DNA of 64,000 nucleotides, from positions 43,727-107,726 of the forward strand of contig JBIIOI010000008.1 in NCBI GenBank assembly GCA_044337025.1, written 5' to 3'. This document shows, in pieces, positions 1 through 8,785 of the stretch; positions within the stretch are counted from its first letter, which is position 1, and every line of letters begins with the position of its first letter. Under the pieces are notes generated by a model. The model ran no database searches. It saw only the letters and a program-made list of their open reading frames with translations, and was not told the DNA's origin. The translations under genes and the position numbers were made by a program. This DNA comes from Planctomycetaceae bacterium. GTDB taxonomy: Bacteria > Planctomycetota > Planctomycetia > Planctomycetales > Planctomycetaceae.

Positions 1-97
1 TATTGCCCAGCGACAGCAGGTTGTCACGGGCCTCTTCCAGAACCGGAACCGGGAGAACCGCCGGACCGGCGGAGAAGTTGAAGATTCGCTGAGACAT
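1..97 (-). CDS. serC: phosphoserine aminotransferase, N-terminal fragment (gene continues beyond the window start)
   Basis: The reverse complement of nt 1-97 reads MSQRIFNFSAGPAVLPVPVLEEARDNLLSLGN. This matches the conserved SerC N-terminus (FNFSAGPA). It is absent from the ORF track because the window edge truncates it. Confidence 0.5.
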   Translation of the reverse strand, partial: MSQRIFNFSAGPAVLPVPVLEEARDNLLSLGN

Positions 98-368
98 CAC
101 ACACCCAGGGAAATTCGAAATCCAAAGCACGAAACTCGAACATTCGGCGGAAACCGCTTCGTTTCGAATTTCGGATTTCGTGCTTCGAATTTGTACGACT
201 ATCGGTTCCAGCGGGACACACGTTGTTCCCGCGCGGTTGGCAGGTATATCGGGAGAAAACGAAATCCGTCAATCGGGGAGCCGAATCAGAGGGGAGTTTC
301 TCGATTTCCGGGCAGGAATTCAGCCTGAGCCCCCGGCGAGTACTGTACGGGTGCCGAGCTTCAAGAAC

Positions 369-584
369 TCAGCGCCCACGCTGCCCTGGACGGTCGCGTG
401 CAGGCTGCACGACGGGCTCAAAGCCAAAGTACGGATAGTCGTTCTCGATGACGTACGCTTCAGCGGGTGGGGGCTCGACCCCTGAGCCGGCGGCGGCGAT
501 GGGCGCGATGGTGACAACCAGCGAAGTGGCGACGACCGCTTTCAACGCTTCACGGCGGGTCACGGGAGATTCCGCGTTCATCAT
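369..584 (-). CDS. small hypothetical protein with a twin-arginine (Tat) signal peptide
   Basis: 71-aa ORF MMNAESPVTRREALKAVVATSLVVTIAPIAAAGSG... The TRREAL motif plus a hydrophobic region forms a Tat signal. A GGAG lies about 7 nt upstream of the ATG. It sits 18 nt downstream of the flavoprotein gene on the same strand. Confidence 0.4.
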   Translation of the reverse strand: MMNAESPVTRREALKAVVATSLVVTIAPIAAAGSGVEPPPAEAYVIENDYPYFGFEPVVQPARDRPGQRGR

Positions 585-602
585 GGTTCTCCAAGAGCGA
601 GA

Positions 603-1898
603 TCAGACTTCGCTGAAAGGTCCGGCATTCTGTCGAGCGAGGGCGTCTCGCACCTTCACCCCATCCAGGGTGCCGACTTCGGTGTTGGTCTGCATCGCCA
701 GTGCCGCTGCGCAGCCAGCACCTTCCCCGAGCGCCATCGCGGTGGCTGTCACGCGGCTAGAGGCACTGGCCTCGGTACTGGCGCTGTGGCAGCGACCGGC
801 GACGAGCAGGTTACTCACCTGCTGCGGAATCAGCGTCCGATAGCTGATGTCGTAAGGTTTCGGCTGGAAACCGGAGCCCGTGAAGGGCTTGTCGAGTGTT
901 GTTTCCGGCGGATGAATGTCGAGGAACCAGCAGCCGGTGGCGATGGCATCCGCGTGCCGCGTGGTCTGTTGCAGGTCTTCGAGCGTGAGCACATGCAGTC
1001 CGACGATGCGCCGGGTGTCGCGCACACCGATGTAAGGACCGCTCATGATGTAGTAGCTGTTCTCGAAGCCCGGCACCTTCGTCTTCCACTCGTTGAAAAT
1101 GGTCCAGGCGTCTTTGCGGCCCTGAATCTCGGCGCGGGTGAAATCGGTCGCATCGGTTGCGTTCGCGGGGACACGTGTGGCGTGAACGTAGCACTCGTCC
1201 TTTGCGAAGGCGAAGATCAACCCGGGGCCGTAAAAGTTGGGCAGACGGCCCTCTTTGTGGGCCTCGATCAGCACTTTCTTGGCGGCATCCTTGGTCTCCT
1301 TGACCGGCACCACATTGCCGATGCGGAAATGCATCGTCAGCGGCATCAGCGGCTTCGATGAGATCGTCGGGCAACCGGCCCAGTGCGCGATGTCACCATC
1401 TCCGGTGCAGTCGATGACCTGTCGAGCCTCGATGCGGGTGAGCCCGTCCTTGTTCGCGACAATCACAGCTGCGATGCGACCGTCCTTAACCTCCACATCC
1501 GCAGCCAGAGTATGATAGAGCACGGTCAGATTTTCGCGGTGCTGCAAGATGAGGTTGTCAGTCAGCAGCTTGAACTCCTCCACATTCGGAATCCAGACGC
1601 TGCCCCAATACTTGGTGATGAGATCCTGGCGCAGGTCGTCGATGTGCTTGGCGCCGTCCCGGGCCACGCCGAGTTTCTGCAGCAACTCCAGCGCGATCCC
1701 TTTCACGACGAAACGCCCGCTCGGCTTGTCGATGAGGCCGTCAAAATACGGCAGCCCGACGGTCGTGATGATGCCGCCCGAGAACCCAGCGCGTTCGATG
1801 AGCAGAGTCTTTGCCCCATGGCGAGCCGAGGAGAGAGCAGCTGCGATACCCGCGCAGCCACCGCCGCAGATGAGGACGTCAGTCTGGAGGGTCTTCAT
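603..1898 (-). CDS. FAD-dependent oxidoreductase (431 aa)
   Basis: The internal start MKTLQTDVLICGGGCAGIAAALSSARHG is a Rossmann GxGxxG FAD-binding motif. The ATG was mapped to 1896-1898. The upstream 1.5 kb of the 945-aa track ORF is antisense to prs and was discarded. Confidence 0.75.
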   Translation of the reverse strand: MKTLQTDVLICGGGCAGIAAALSSARHGAKTLLIERAGFSGGIITTVGLPYFDGLIDKPSGRFVVKGIALELLQKLGVARDGAKHIDDLRQDLITKYWGSVWIPNVEEFKLLTDNLILQHRENLTVLYHTLAADVEVKDGRIAAVIVANKDGLTRIEARQVIDCTGDGDIAHWAGCPTISSKPLMPLTMHFRIGNVVPVKETKDAAKKVLIEAHKEGRLPNFYGPGLIFAFAKDECYVHATRVPANATDATDFTRAEIQGRKDAWTIFNEWKTKVPGFENSYYIMSGPYIGVRDTRRIVGLHVLTLEDLQQTTRHADAIATGCWFLDIHPPETTLDKPFTGSGFQPKPYDISYRTLIPQQVSNLLVAGRCHSASTEASASSRVTATAMALGEGAGCAAALAMQTNTEVGTLDGVKVRDALARQNAGPFSEV

Positions 1899-2084
1899 GG
1901 GGAGATGACCTGGGTTGTCGAGTGGAAAGTCGCTGCGACTTTGCCCCCGTTGAGTGTATCGAAACTCTTGATCCGGCAAGAACTGCAGGACGATGAGCTT
2001 CTGAGTTCGAATCGCTTCTCCCTTTGATTTCGGCGGCTCAACCGGTACGCTGGCGAGACACGGACTCCACCTGCTGCGCACCCT

Positions 2085-3053
2085 ATGTACGATCACCTCA
2101 CCCTCATCAGCGGACGCGCTCACCCGAAGCTGAGTGAGGACATTGCCGAGTACCTCGGAGTGCCCCTCGCGGAAGTGGAAATCACCGACTTCCCGGATGG
2201 TGAGACCTGCGTCAAGCTGAATCACAACGTCCGTGGCCGCGATGTGTTTCTGATCCAGCCGACTGCTCCAGCCGTCAATCAGAATCTGATGGAGCTGTTG
2301 ATTCTGATTGACACCTGCAAGCGGGCCAGTGCCGAGCGGATTACGGTCGTGCTGCCGTACTTTGGCTACGCCCGGCAGGACAGAAAGGACAGCGGACGGG
2401 TGCCGATCACCGCCAAGCTGGTGGCCAATCTGATCACGACAGCCGGGGCCGACCGGGTGCTGACGGTCGATCTGCACGCCGCTCAGATTCAAGGGTTTTT
2501 CGATCTGCCGGTCGATCACCTGTACGGAGCCCGCGTGCTGGATGACTACTTCCGCACTCTCAATATCCCAGCCTCTGAAACGGTGATCATCAGCCCGGAC
2601 GAGGGCAGCATCAAGCGGGCCATGCAGCATGTCGAGAACCTCGGCGGTTCGTTGGCGATCATCGATAAGCGGCGCAGCAGCGCGACCGAGACGCGGCAAG
2701 CCAACCTGATCGGCGGCGATATCGAAGGCAAGGTGGCCTTCCTGTTCGATGACATGATCTCGACAGCGGGCTCGATCTGCGGAGCAGCCCGGATCGCTCA
2801 GCAGTTCGGAGCGAAGAAGATCTACATCGGAGCCACGCACGGCGTCTTCTGTGGCAACGCCGCTGCGAATCTGGCGGGTGTACCGATCACCGAGATCGTC
2901 GTGACCGATTCGCTGCCGCTGCGTCTCCACCCCGCCCCCCCGAATTTTAAGCAGGTCTCGATCGCCCCGATGCTGGGCGAGGCGATTCGCCGGATTCACC
3001 GCAACGAATCCGTGAGCTATCTGTTCCGCAACGGTGAGAAACACCTCGACTGA
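2085..3053 (+). CDS. prs: ribose-phosphate pyrophosphokinase (PRPP synthetase)
   Basis: 322 aa. Characteristic motifs are VVLPYFGYARQDRK and the PRPP-binding loop FLFDDMISTAGS. Confidence 0.95.
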   Translation: MYDHLTLISGRAHPKLSEDIAEYLGVPLAEVEITDFPDGETCVKLNHNVRGRDVFLIQPTAPAVNQNLMELLILIDTCKRASAERITVVLPYFGYARQDRKDSGRVPITAKLVANLITTAGADRVLTVDLHAAQIQGFFDLPVDHLYGARVLDDYFRTLNIPASETVIISPDEGSIKRAMQHVENLGGSLAIIDKRRSSATETRQANLIGGDIEGKVAFLFDDMISTAGSICGAARIAQQFGAKKIYIGATHGVFCGNAAANLAGVPITEIVVTDSLPLRLHPAPPNFKQVSIAPMLGEAIRRIHRNESVSYLFRNGEKHLD

Positions 3054-3068
3054 GATTCCAGGTGCCGC

Positions 3069-3398
3069 ATGCCTTCCAATCCGGAACTGACCGCGCGGGT
3101 CCGAACTGCGGTAAAGTCCCGCAAGGGGATCACGGAGAAGAGGATGTTCGGCGGTGATGCGTTTCTGCTCCACGGAAACCTGGTCGTGGCCGTCTGGGGC
3201 AACAGCCTGATCGTGCGGCTGGGGCTGGTGCAGGCCGAAGAGGTCCAGCATGACCCGGAGGTCGGACCGATGGATCTCACGGGGCGCCGCATGAAGGGCT
3301 GGATCATTGTCGCTCCCTCTGGCGTCGAGACGGACCGCGACGTGAAGGCCTGGGTCCAGCGGGCGATCGAGTTCGTCAAGACCCTCGTCCCCAAGTAG
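3069..3398 (+). CDS. TfoX N-terminal domain protein
   Basis: 109 aa with a RMFGGDAFLLHGNLVVAVWGNSLIVRL core typical of TfoX_N. Confidence 0.65.
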   Translation: MPSNPELTARVRTAVKSRKGITEKRMFGGDAFLLHGNLVVAVWGNSLIVRLGLVQAEEVQHDPEVGPMDLTGRRMKGWIIVAPSGVETDRDVKAWVQRAIEFVKTLVPK

Positions 3399-3408
3399 AT
3401 CGCCCGCC

Positions 3409-4095
3409 ATGCTCAAGCGTGTCCTGGAACCGGAAGTCATGGATACCGCCGAAGAGGCGGCGGACTACGACTCTATGGACCACAGCCACGTCAACGACCG
3501 GTTCGTCGAAGACTGGCACATTGCTTGCCTCACTGCGGGGCACGATCCTCTGAAGCAGCAGCGACTGCTCGATGTCGGGACCGGCACGGCGCTGATCCCG
3601 ATCGAGTATTGCCGACGGTATGCGGACTTGCAGATCGTGGCCATCGATCTGGCGGAGGAGATGCTCAAGCTGGCCCGCCAGAATGTGGAGCGGGCCGGGT
3701 TCGCCGACCGGATTGAGCTGCGACTGGTCGATGCCAAGCGAATCCCCACTGCCGATGGAGAGTTCGCGGGCGTCGTGTCGAACAGCATCATTCACCACAT
3801 CCCGCATCCCCTGCTCTCGTTCCGAGAGATGGTCCGCGCGCTGGCTCCGGGAGGCCTGCTGTTCGTGCGGGATCTGATGCGTCCCAAGAGCGAACCGCAG
3901 CTGGAGTCGCTCGTGCAGATCTATGCGGGAGACGCCACTCCCCGGCAACGCCAGCTGTTCCGGCAGTCACTCCATGCGGCGCTGACTGTGGAGGAAGTCG
4001 CCGCGATCCTCGACCAACTGGGACTCTCTGGGGAGTGTGTTCAGGCGACCTCAGACCGGCACTGGACGGTCTGTGCCTGGAAACGTGTCGATTGA
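3409..4095 (+). CDS. class I SAM-dependent methyltransferase
   Basis: 228 aa. LLDVGTGTALIP is the SAM-binding motif I; the Methyltransf_11/25-like fold follows. Confidence 0.8.
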   Translation: MLKRVLEPEVMDTAEEAADYDSMDHSHVNDRFVEDWHIACLTAGHDPLKQQRLLDVGTGTALIPIEYCRRYADLQIVAIDLAEEMLKLARQNVERAGFADRIELRLVDAKRIPTADGEFAGVVSNSIIHHIPHPLLSFREMVRALAPGGLLFVRDLMRPKSEPQLESLVQIYAGDATPRQRQLFRQSLHAALTVEEVAAILDQLGLSGECVQATSDRHWTVCAWKRVD

Positions 4096-4242
4096 CACAA
4101 GATTTCTTACACGCCCCTCGATTCTGGAGACATCGAAAATGGAATTTCGTCGTTGTCCTACTCCTTCGTAGCCAGTGCCTCCCCTCTCAACAGTCACCGA
4201 ACTCTCCTGGCCAGCGACACCCCCAACACCCATCTTTCAAGC

Positions 4243-4367
4243 GGAGGGGGTCACCCCTCCGAGTCTGTTCTGCAGGCGAGCGGCAGGGCTTCAGCCCTCC
4301 GAGACTTTGAACGCCATGGGACGATATACGACGGGAAAACTCGGAGGGCTCACGCCCTGCCGCTCGC
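4243..4367. repeat. cluster of three related GC-rich stem-loops (GGAGGGG-tcac-CCCCTCC; GCAGGGC-ttca-GCCCTCC; GGAGGGC-tcac-GCCCTGC) in a convergent intergenic region
   Basis: Read directly from the sequence. Hairpin 1 is at 4243-4260. Arms 4276-4303 and 4340-4367 are mutual reverse complements except for the loop bases, and each arm also folds on itself. Confidence 0.5.
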
Positions 4368-4573
4368 CGGGTTGACTGTTTCACATGCAACTTGATTCCC
4401 GATTCGCACGCTCATGAAGAGGCGTCTTGTGCCTTTGGCACCTAGCCAATCAGGCCGGGCCACCCCGCGAACAATTCACCTTCCAAGAGCCACGCCCTTT
4501 CGCAGAGCCTTCAGGGCGTGCCACCCGAGCCGGCAATCAGATCATGAGTAACTCCCAGTTGCGTTGTGAACCC

Positions 4574-5911
4574 CTACTCAGGGAAACACTTTCCAAACGC
4601 GACCAGCAGCTTCAGTGGTCCAGCGAGTCGAATTCTCCGCCGCACCAAAGCCCACACCACATTCTTTTCTTTCCTGAGGAAGCCGATCCACGTTTGTGAG
4701 TCTGCGGTCACATGCAAATCGGGTTGACCAGCATGGCCATCAGTGACGCTGAGTTTTTGGTCCTTGATCACGACCGTTGCCTGGCGTGTCTCATGACCGG
4801 TGAACGTGAAGTGGTAAGTGGCATTCAGTCCCGCTGACTTTCCAGGCTGAAAGACGTTGGACATTCCTCTCAGGAAAACCTCGATGCTGTTTGGCCGCAG
4901 TGAGTTTCCGACGTGCTTGATCTTTTTGCGGGGAAACCGCTTCGCAACGTAGTCCTCGGCATCCGTGTTCTTGTTGACGTAGATCGTCTCTTCTTTTTCC
5001 TGGAGAGGCTTCACGAATTCCTTGAGATGTCCCTTCCGATCAGCGAGGAACGGAGCGATGACATCTTCTCCGGCTGGGCAAACTGCCAGGCAGTACGCGG
5101 CTTTGTAGTTCGCGCCGAACGACAGACTCTGCCACATCGAGGCCGACTCCGCATCAGTGACGCGACTGCGGTAGTCGTGGGCGTTCTTGCTCTCGGCCAC
5201 CTGCTCGACCCAATCGGTAAAGCCTCCCATGAACTCACGGTAGTTATGGGTGTAGCAGGCCGAGAAGTTGAAATCGCCATTCGACGAAATCGCCCCCACC
5301 GGACAGGCGGCCACACACAGTTTGCAGTCCAGGCAAGGATTGTAATTGATCGGCTGGTTGGCTTCGGAAACCTCGGCATCCAACAAGATCTTCCCCAGCA
5401 GGATGAAATTGCCGAACTTCTCGTGAATCACATTGCGATGAATGCCCATCATTCCAAGACCAGCCGCCACGGCAACGGGCTTGTGCGACACGATCCAGAT
5501 TTTGCCGGGAAACCTGTCGACTTCCATGGGAAAGCCCATGGATGGGTTCATGGCTCGAATTCCACGATCTTCCAGCGTCTGCACCACATCACGGGCAATG
5601 TGGTTGACCTCCTCCCCACTGTGGTGGAACTCAAGATTCGAGACAGAGCGGGATGGTGTCCGAATCGCTTCGCGGTTCATGCGGACGACGAAGCTGATCA
5701 ACGTCTTTGTGTGAGGGAATGCCTTGAGAATGTCTTCACGTTGGTCGTCCAGAGCGGGTCGGCCAATCTCAACAAATCCCACGTCGTCCGCACCGGCATC
5801 GATCACCAGTTGTTTCAGCCATCCGGCATGCAGCGGTACCTTCTCCGCTGATGCGGCAGAAGCCGCTTTCTGTTGGATCTTTTGCACGGTCGGGTGGTCT
5901 TCCAGTTTCAT
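4574..5911 (-). CDS. 4Fe-4S dicluster protein, QueG/DUF1730-like N-terminal region with a C-terminal SCP2-like domain
   Basis: 445 aa. CLDCKLCVAACPVG (CxxCxxCxxxCP) and a second degenerate cluster YCLAVCPAG are present. The C-terminal ~100 aa resemble a sterol-carrier fold. Confidence 0.55.
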   Translation of the reverse strand: MKLEDHPTVQKIQQKAASAASAEKVPLHAGWLKQLVIDAGADDVGFVEIGRPALDDQREDILKAFPHTKTLISFVVRMNREAIRTPSRSVSNLEFHHSGEEVNHIARDVVQTLEDRGIRAMNPSMGFPMEVDRFPGKIWIVSHKPVAVAAGLGMMGIHRNVIHEKFGNFILLGKILLDAEVSEANQPINYNPCLDCKLCVAACPVGAISSNGDFNFSACYTHNYREFMGGFTDWVEQVAESKNAHDYRSRVTDAESASMWQSLSFGANYKAAYCLAVCPAGEDVIAPFLADRKGHLKEFVKPLQEKEETIYVNKNTDAEDYVAKRFPRKKIKHVGNSLRPNSIEVFLRGMSNVFQPGKSAGLNATYHFTFTGHETRQATVVIKDQKLSVTDGHAGQPDLHVTADSQTWIGFLRKEKNVVWALVRRRIRLAGPLKLLVAFGKCFPE

Positions 5912-5967
5912 CGCTGTTCCTTGTCAGGTGGGAGTGTGGTTGTATGTGCAACTATATGGCAAAAAAG

Positions 5968-6408
5968 TCAGCTTGCTGCATCGGCCTTGCGGACTCGCTT
6001 TACGGCGTGGTTCAACTGCTCCGCAAACCCTTCGCCAAGCAGCGTCTTGACTCGCTGCTGGGCCTGGCTCCAGGCGGGGATCACATCTTCCAGGAGCTTG
6101 CGTCCCTCTCGTGTCAAACGAAAAGGCTGCGAGCGACCATCCTCGTCCGGAACCACCTCCAGCCAGCCACGAGCTTTCATTCGATCGACGTTTCGGCTGA
6201 GAGTCGAAGCATCGAGATGGAGGTGCTCGCAAACGGAAGCGGGCCGAGCCGTTCCCATCTTGGCGGCGGCGACCAGGATGTTCATTTGGCTCGCCTTCAG
6301 ATCGCGCGACCGAAAAGCGTCATCGTAAATGTTGGTAACGATGCGATTCAGCATACGCAGCCGGACGGCAACGCACTCGCTGGCGATCGTATCAATCGTC
6401 GGTCGCAT
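5968..6408 (-). CDS. MarR family transcriptional regulator
   Basis: 146 aa. A winged-helix region NILVAAAKMGTARPASVCEHLHLDASTLSRNVDRMKARGWLE is present. Confidence 0.8.
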   Translation of the reverse strand: MRPTIDTIASECVAVRLRMLNRIVTNIYDDAFRSRDLKASQMNILVAAAKMGTARPASVCEHLHLDASTLSRNVDRMKARGWLEVVPDEDGRSQPFRLTREGRKLLEDVIPAWSQAQQRVKTLLGEGFAEQLNHAVKRVRKADAAS

Positions 6409-6761
6409 TGATTCGGCTCCTGTTCCCCGTCGGATGAAGTAATTGTATGTGCAAGTAACGGTGTGTCAAGTGGGCGTTGAGGTCGTGCCTGGCTCGAGTC
6501 GAAACCAGGAGTAAGTTGCGAGTTGGTCACCTCGCACCAGCATTCAGGAGCAAATTGACGAGAAAACGCCCACGCGGTTGAGCGCTCAGTTGGCACGCCC
6601 TGGAGGCTTTGCGAAGGGCGTGGCTGTGGTAATGACTGAGGAATTGGACTGGCCAGAAATCGCACCACTACCAACTCGTAAGACAGCCTGTCCAGGCCGT
6701 CTCGACGCGAAAGCCGAGCTGACTCAGTCCGCTGGACTTTCGTCAGAATGTCACCGCTTCG

Positions 6762-6789
6762 GTAGGACGGGCTGGAAAGCCCGTCCTAC
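6762..6789 (-). terminator. intrinsic-terminator-like hairpin (11-bp GC-rich stem GTAGGACGGGC/GCCCGTCCTAC, 6-nt loop) 10 nt after the stop of the PQQ-repeat gene
   Basis: Perfect inverted repeat seen in the sequence. It lacks a clear U-tract, which is common in high-GC genomes. Confidence 0.5.
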
Positions 6790-6799
6790 CGAGCGTGGC

Positions 6800-8104
6800 T
6801 TACTTCGCCAGGTCCACGCACACCAGTTCCTTGTCATTGCGAACATACATCCGCTTGTTCGCAAAGGCGGGGGCACACCAGACCACGTCGCGGCCGAAGG
6901 CGTTGTTGGTCGGGTCGATCACGTGGGTGCGGGAGAGTTCTTTGAACCCGTCCGGTGACAGCTGGCCAATGATCAGGTCACCGGTCTCGGCGAACATCCA
7001 GAACTTGTCCGAGTCGCCGCCCCGGACCAGGAAGACCGTTCCGCTGCCCAGCTTGCGTTCGCCCAGTGGCTGCGGCGTGGCCCAGTTGATCTTGCCACTC
7101 GGAATATCGATGCAGCGCAGCTCGCCGCTTTGATCGAGTCCATAGACCTTGCCATCCATCAGGAATGGCTGGACGTTGACCGGCGACATCGCCAGCTTCG
7201 ATTCGTCACGCCACAGCGTCTTCGCACCGGGCTTGTCGGTCGCCAGTTCCAGCATCATGTTGCGGTTGTTGTAACCGGCGATGAACAGGTGGTTCCCATG
7301 GACGATCGGGGTCATGATGATCGATCCGTTGTCGCCCTTGTACTCCTGGGTCCAGTACTGCTGGCCGGTCTTTGGATCGACTGAATAGATTGCGTCCGGG
7401 CTGCACAGGATCAGCTGGCGGGCTCCGGCCATTTCGATGATGACGGGCGGCGAGTAGCCCTGCTCCGTGGCTGTGCCGGTCCGCCAGACTTCCTCGCCAG
7501 TGTTCTTATTGAGAGCCACGCAGTGCGAGCCGTTGCCGCCCGCGAGGAGGATCAGGTTGTCGCCATCGATCAGCGGCTGGCTGGCATAGCCCCACAGTGC
7601 GGCCTTGGTCCTGTACGTCGCTTTGAGGGACTTGCCCCAGACCGGCTTACCTGTCTGAGCGTCCAGGCAGGCCAGATCGCCTTCGGCTCCCTGCACATAG
7701 ACCTTGCCCCCGTGGACCAGCGGGGTACTGCGTGGACCGGCGGGGTAAGAGATCGCATAGGTCTCTTCGTGTTCCCCCTTCCAGAGTTCCTTGCCGGTCT
7801 TTTCGTCCAGGCAGATCACCCGCTCGGTGCCGGTGGACGACTTGCGGTCAAAATTGTCGACCTTGACGTTGTCCTTGGTCACGTAGTCAGTCACGTAGAC
7901 CTTGCCACCCGCCACAGCTGGGCCGCTGTAGCCGCCCCCGACGGGAGCCCGCCAGGCGATCTTCGCTTCCTTGGGAAGGGTCTCGACCAGGCCGGACTCC
8001 CGCCAGACGTTGTCCCGCTTCGGGCCCATCCACTGCGGCCATTCGTCGGCCTGGGCCAGGGAGCCAGTTAACAGCAGAAGTCCAAGGAAGGCGGTTCGTC
8101 GCAT
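6800..8104 (-). CDS. PQQ-like beta-propeller repeat protein with signal peptide
   Basis: The internal start MRRTAFLGLLLLTGSLAQA is a signal peptide, mapped to ATG 8102-8104. PQQ/BamB-type repeats recur (GGKVYV, DGDNLIL, GKVYGLD). The first 39 codons of the track ORF were discarded. Confidence 0.8.
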   Translation of the reverse strand: MRRTAFLGLLLLTGSLAQADEWPQWMGPKRDNVWRESGLVETLPKEAKIAWRAPVGGGYSGPAVAGGKVYVTDYVTKDNVKVDNFDRKSSTGTERVICLDEKTGKELWKGEHEETYAISYPAGPRSTPLVHGGKVYVQGAEGDLACLDAQTGKPVWGKSLKATYRTKAALWGYASQPLIDGDNLILLAGGNGSHCVALNKNTGEEVWRTGTATEQGYSPPVIIEMAGARQLILCSPDAIYSVDPKTGQQYWTQEYKGDNGSIIMTPIVHGNHLFIAGYNNRNMMLELATDKPGAKTLWRDESKLAMSPVNVQPFLMDGKVYGLDQSGELRCIDIPSGKINWATPQPLGERKLGSGTVFLVRGGDSDKFWMFAETGDLIIGQLSPDGFKELSRTHVIDPTNNAFGRDVVWCAPAFANKRMYVRNDKELVCVDLAK

Positions 8105-8460
8105 GGGAAGATTCCACGAGTGAGGGGTGGTGTGAGTTGCATCGTACCGAATTCGAGGAATTCGACGAGACCGGACGCATGAAAACGAGACGTAGAGAAG
8201 GTCCCATCGCCGCCGGACCAACCGCGTTTGCGTCCCATACGACGGTGAACTTAAGGCCTTCCCCCTCTCCCCCGCACTGGTGTTTTCCTTGCGATTCGCG
8301 TCGATTACGGGGGCGAGGGAGAAAAACAGTTCCCGTCAACAACGTTCCAAACGCAAACACTGACCAGCCACTCGTTGAACGCGTTGCTCGACGGCTTTGG
8401 ACAAGGGCCGTACACTGTTGTCCAGCCTGATTCCCTGTCGTCGCTGCCGGAGGGTGCCCC

Positions 8461-8691
8461 ATGCCGATGTTCGATTTCCAGTGCCAGAAGTGCGGTCGGC
8501 AGTTCGAAGAACTGGTCCGTCGCGGCGAGACGCCCGCCTGTCCCCAGTGTCAGTCGGCCAGTGTCGAAAAGCTGCTGAGTGCTCCCGCCGGTCACGTTGC
8601 GGGTGGCGGAGGCCGCTCGCTGCCGGTGATGGGCCAGTGTTCGCCTCCGCCCGGACAGCACACCTGCGGAACCGGCTGCCGCCACGGCTGA
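8461..8691 (+). CDS. FmdB-family zinc-ribbon protein
   Basis: MPMFDFQCQKCGRQFEEL...CPQCQS. Two CxxC pairs form the FmdB ribbon. Confidence 0.7.
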   Translation: MPMFDFQCQKCGRQFEELVRRGETPACPQCQSASVEKLLSAPAGHVAGGGGRSLPVMGQCSPPPGQHTCGTGCRHG

Positions 8692-8785
8692 CACGAGGTT
8701 TATGGGTAGCAAAATTCGTAAGAATTCTGCCGTCCAGCACTTACGCCTCCCACCACGCACGAACTGACCCCCAAGGAACCTGCCC

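Noticed and set aside
603-3440. 945-aa minus-strand ORF
   Set aside because: Only the C-terminal 431 codons (603-1898) have protein-like content, with a GxGxxG start. The upstream 1.5 kb is antisense to the unmistakable prs gene. It is a GC-rich read-through artefact.
6591-6612. TGGCACG…TTTGCG resembling a sigma-54 promoter
   Set aside because: The GG-to-GC spacing is 18 nt rather than the required 10, so it is not a functional -24/-12 element.
6578-6958. 126-aa plus-strand ORF between marR and the PQQ-repeat gene
   Set aside because: It overlaps the 3' end of the PQQ-repeat gene in antisense and spans the terminator hairpin. It has no recognizable features.
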